Assembly: GCF_000143415.4 (NCBI RefSeq)
Contig: NW_003314301.1
Span: forward strand, 344,259-408,258
Length of the DNA stretch: 64,000 bases
Source: Selaginella moellendorffii
Taxonomy: Eukaryota > Plantae > Lycopodiophyta
Direction: 5' to 3'
This document shows positions 63,722 to 64,000 of the stretch, in pieces (within the stretch, counting starts at the first letter, position 1; each line of letters opens with the position of its first letter). The position numbers were made by a program, and so were the translations under genes. A model generated the notes under the pieces. The model was not told where the DNA came from, searched no databases, and saw nothing but the letters and a program-made list of their open reading frames with translations.

Positions 63722-63794
63722 TGGAGATGCCGGGTATCGATCCCGGTGCCTCTCGCATGCTAAGCGAGCGCTCTACCATCTGAGCTACATCCCC
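63722..63794 (-). tRNA. trnA-AGC: tRNA-Ala (AGC)
   Basis: GGGGATGTAGCTCAGATGGTAGAGCGCTCGCTTAGCATGCGAGAGGCACCGGGATCGATACCCGGCATCTCCA; cloverleaf with oligo-T terminator downstream. Confidence 0.97.
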
Positions 63795-63830
63795 AACGTG
63801 AGAATTCTTTCAAAACTTTTTAATCATGAC

Positions 63831-64000
63831 TTAAATCTTGGAGATTTTAAAGGAATCCATTATCCTTCTAAGATCGTCACCCTCCAATGCGAACGTTCTT
63901 TCGGGCGCTTGGAGTCTTAACTGGTAGAGTCGTTTGTTCTCCACGCCCAGCACCGAGATGTAGCGGCGATCCCACTCGATCTTCATGACGCGGTCTTGGG
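63831..64000 (-). CDS. PsbP domain-containing protein (PPD4-like), 3' end only
   Basis: Manual translation: ...QDRVMKIEWDRRYISVLGVENKRLYQLRLQAPERTFALEGDDLRRIMDSFKISKI*. Confidence 0.85.
   Translation of the reverse strand, partial: QDRVMKIEWDRRYISVLGVENKRLYQLRLQAPERTFALEGDDLRRIMDSFKISKI

Overview
Eukaryotic land-plant genomic DNA. The 50-80 nt introns, compact gene spacing and style of PPR repeat suggest a lycophyte such as Selaginella (inference). Roughly 1-46 kb and 52-58 kb form a nested transposon and duplication block. It holds a large minus-strand LTR element with a 12-bp minisatellite in its LTRs, two Tf1/sushi-type chromoviruses inserted into that family's LTRs (each with a self-complementary primer site and a GGGAAAC-type -1 frameshift pseudoknot), a TRIM, two 5S-rRNA-bearing Cassandra-type TRIMs, solo LTRs, a MITE with a 4-bp TSD, and a 526-bp foldback element built from two copies of one LTR end. 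A segmental duplication carries two intact, intronless, AT-rich copies of a secreted gene (unknown domain plus GNA/bulb lectin); by manual count they differ at 21 nt, 20 of them non-synonymous. Other genes: a Crinkler-type P-loop NTPase running off the left edge (missed by the ORF track), a STAND/archaeal-ATPase-like gene, a TBL O-acetyltransferase, a 5'-truncated RD19-like papain protease abutting an LTR, TOM1/TOM3-like, a class III peroxidase, ATG27/MPR-like, tRNA-Ala(AGC), and the 3' end of a PsbP-domain (PPD4-like) gene. There are two N gaps. All family assignments are by motif recognition; no searches were run.
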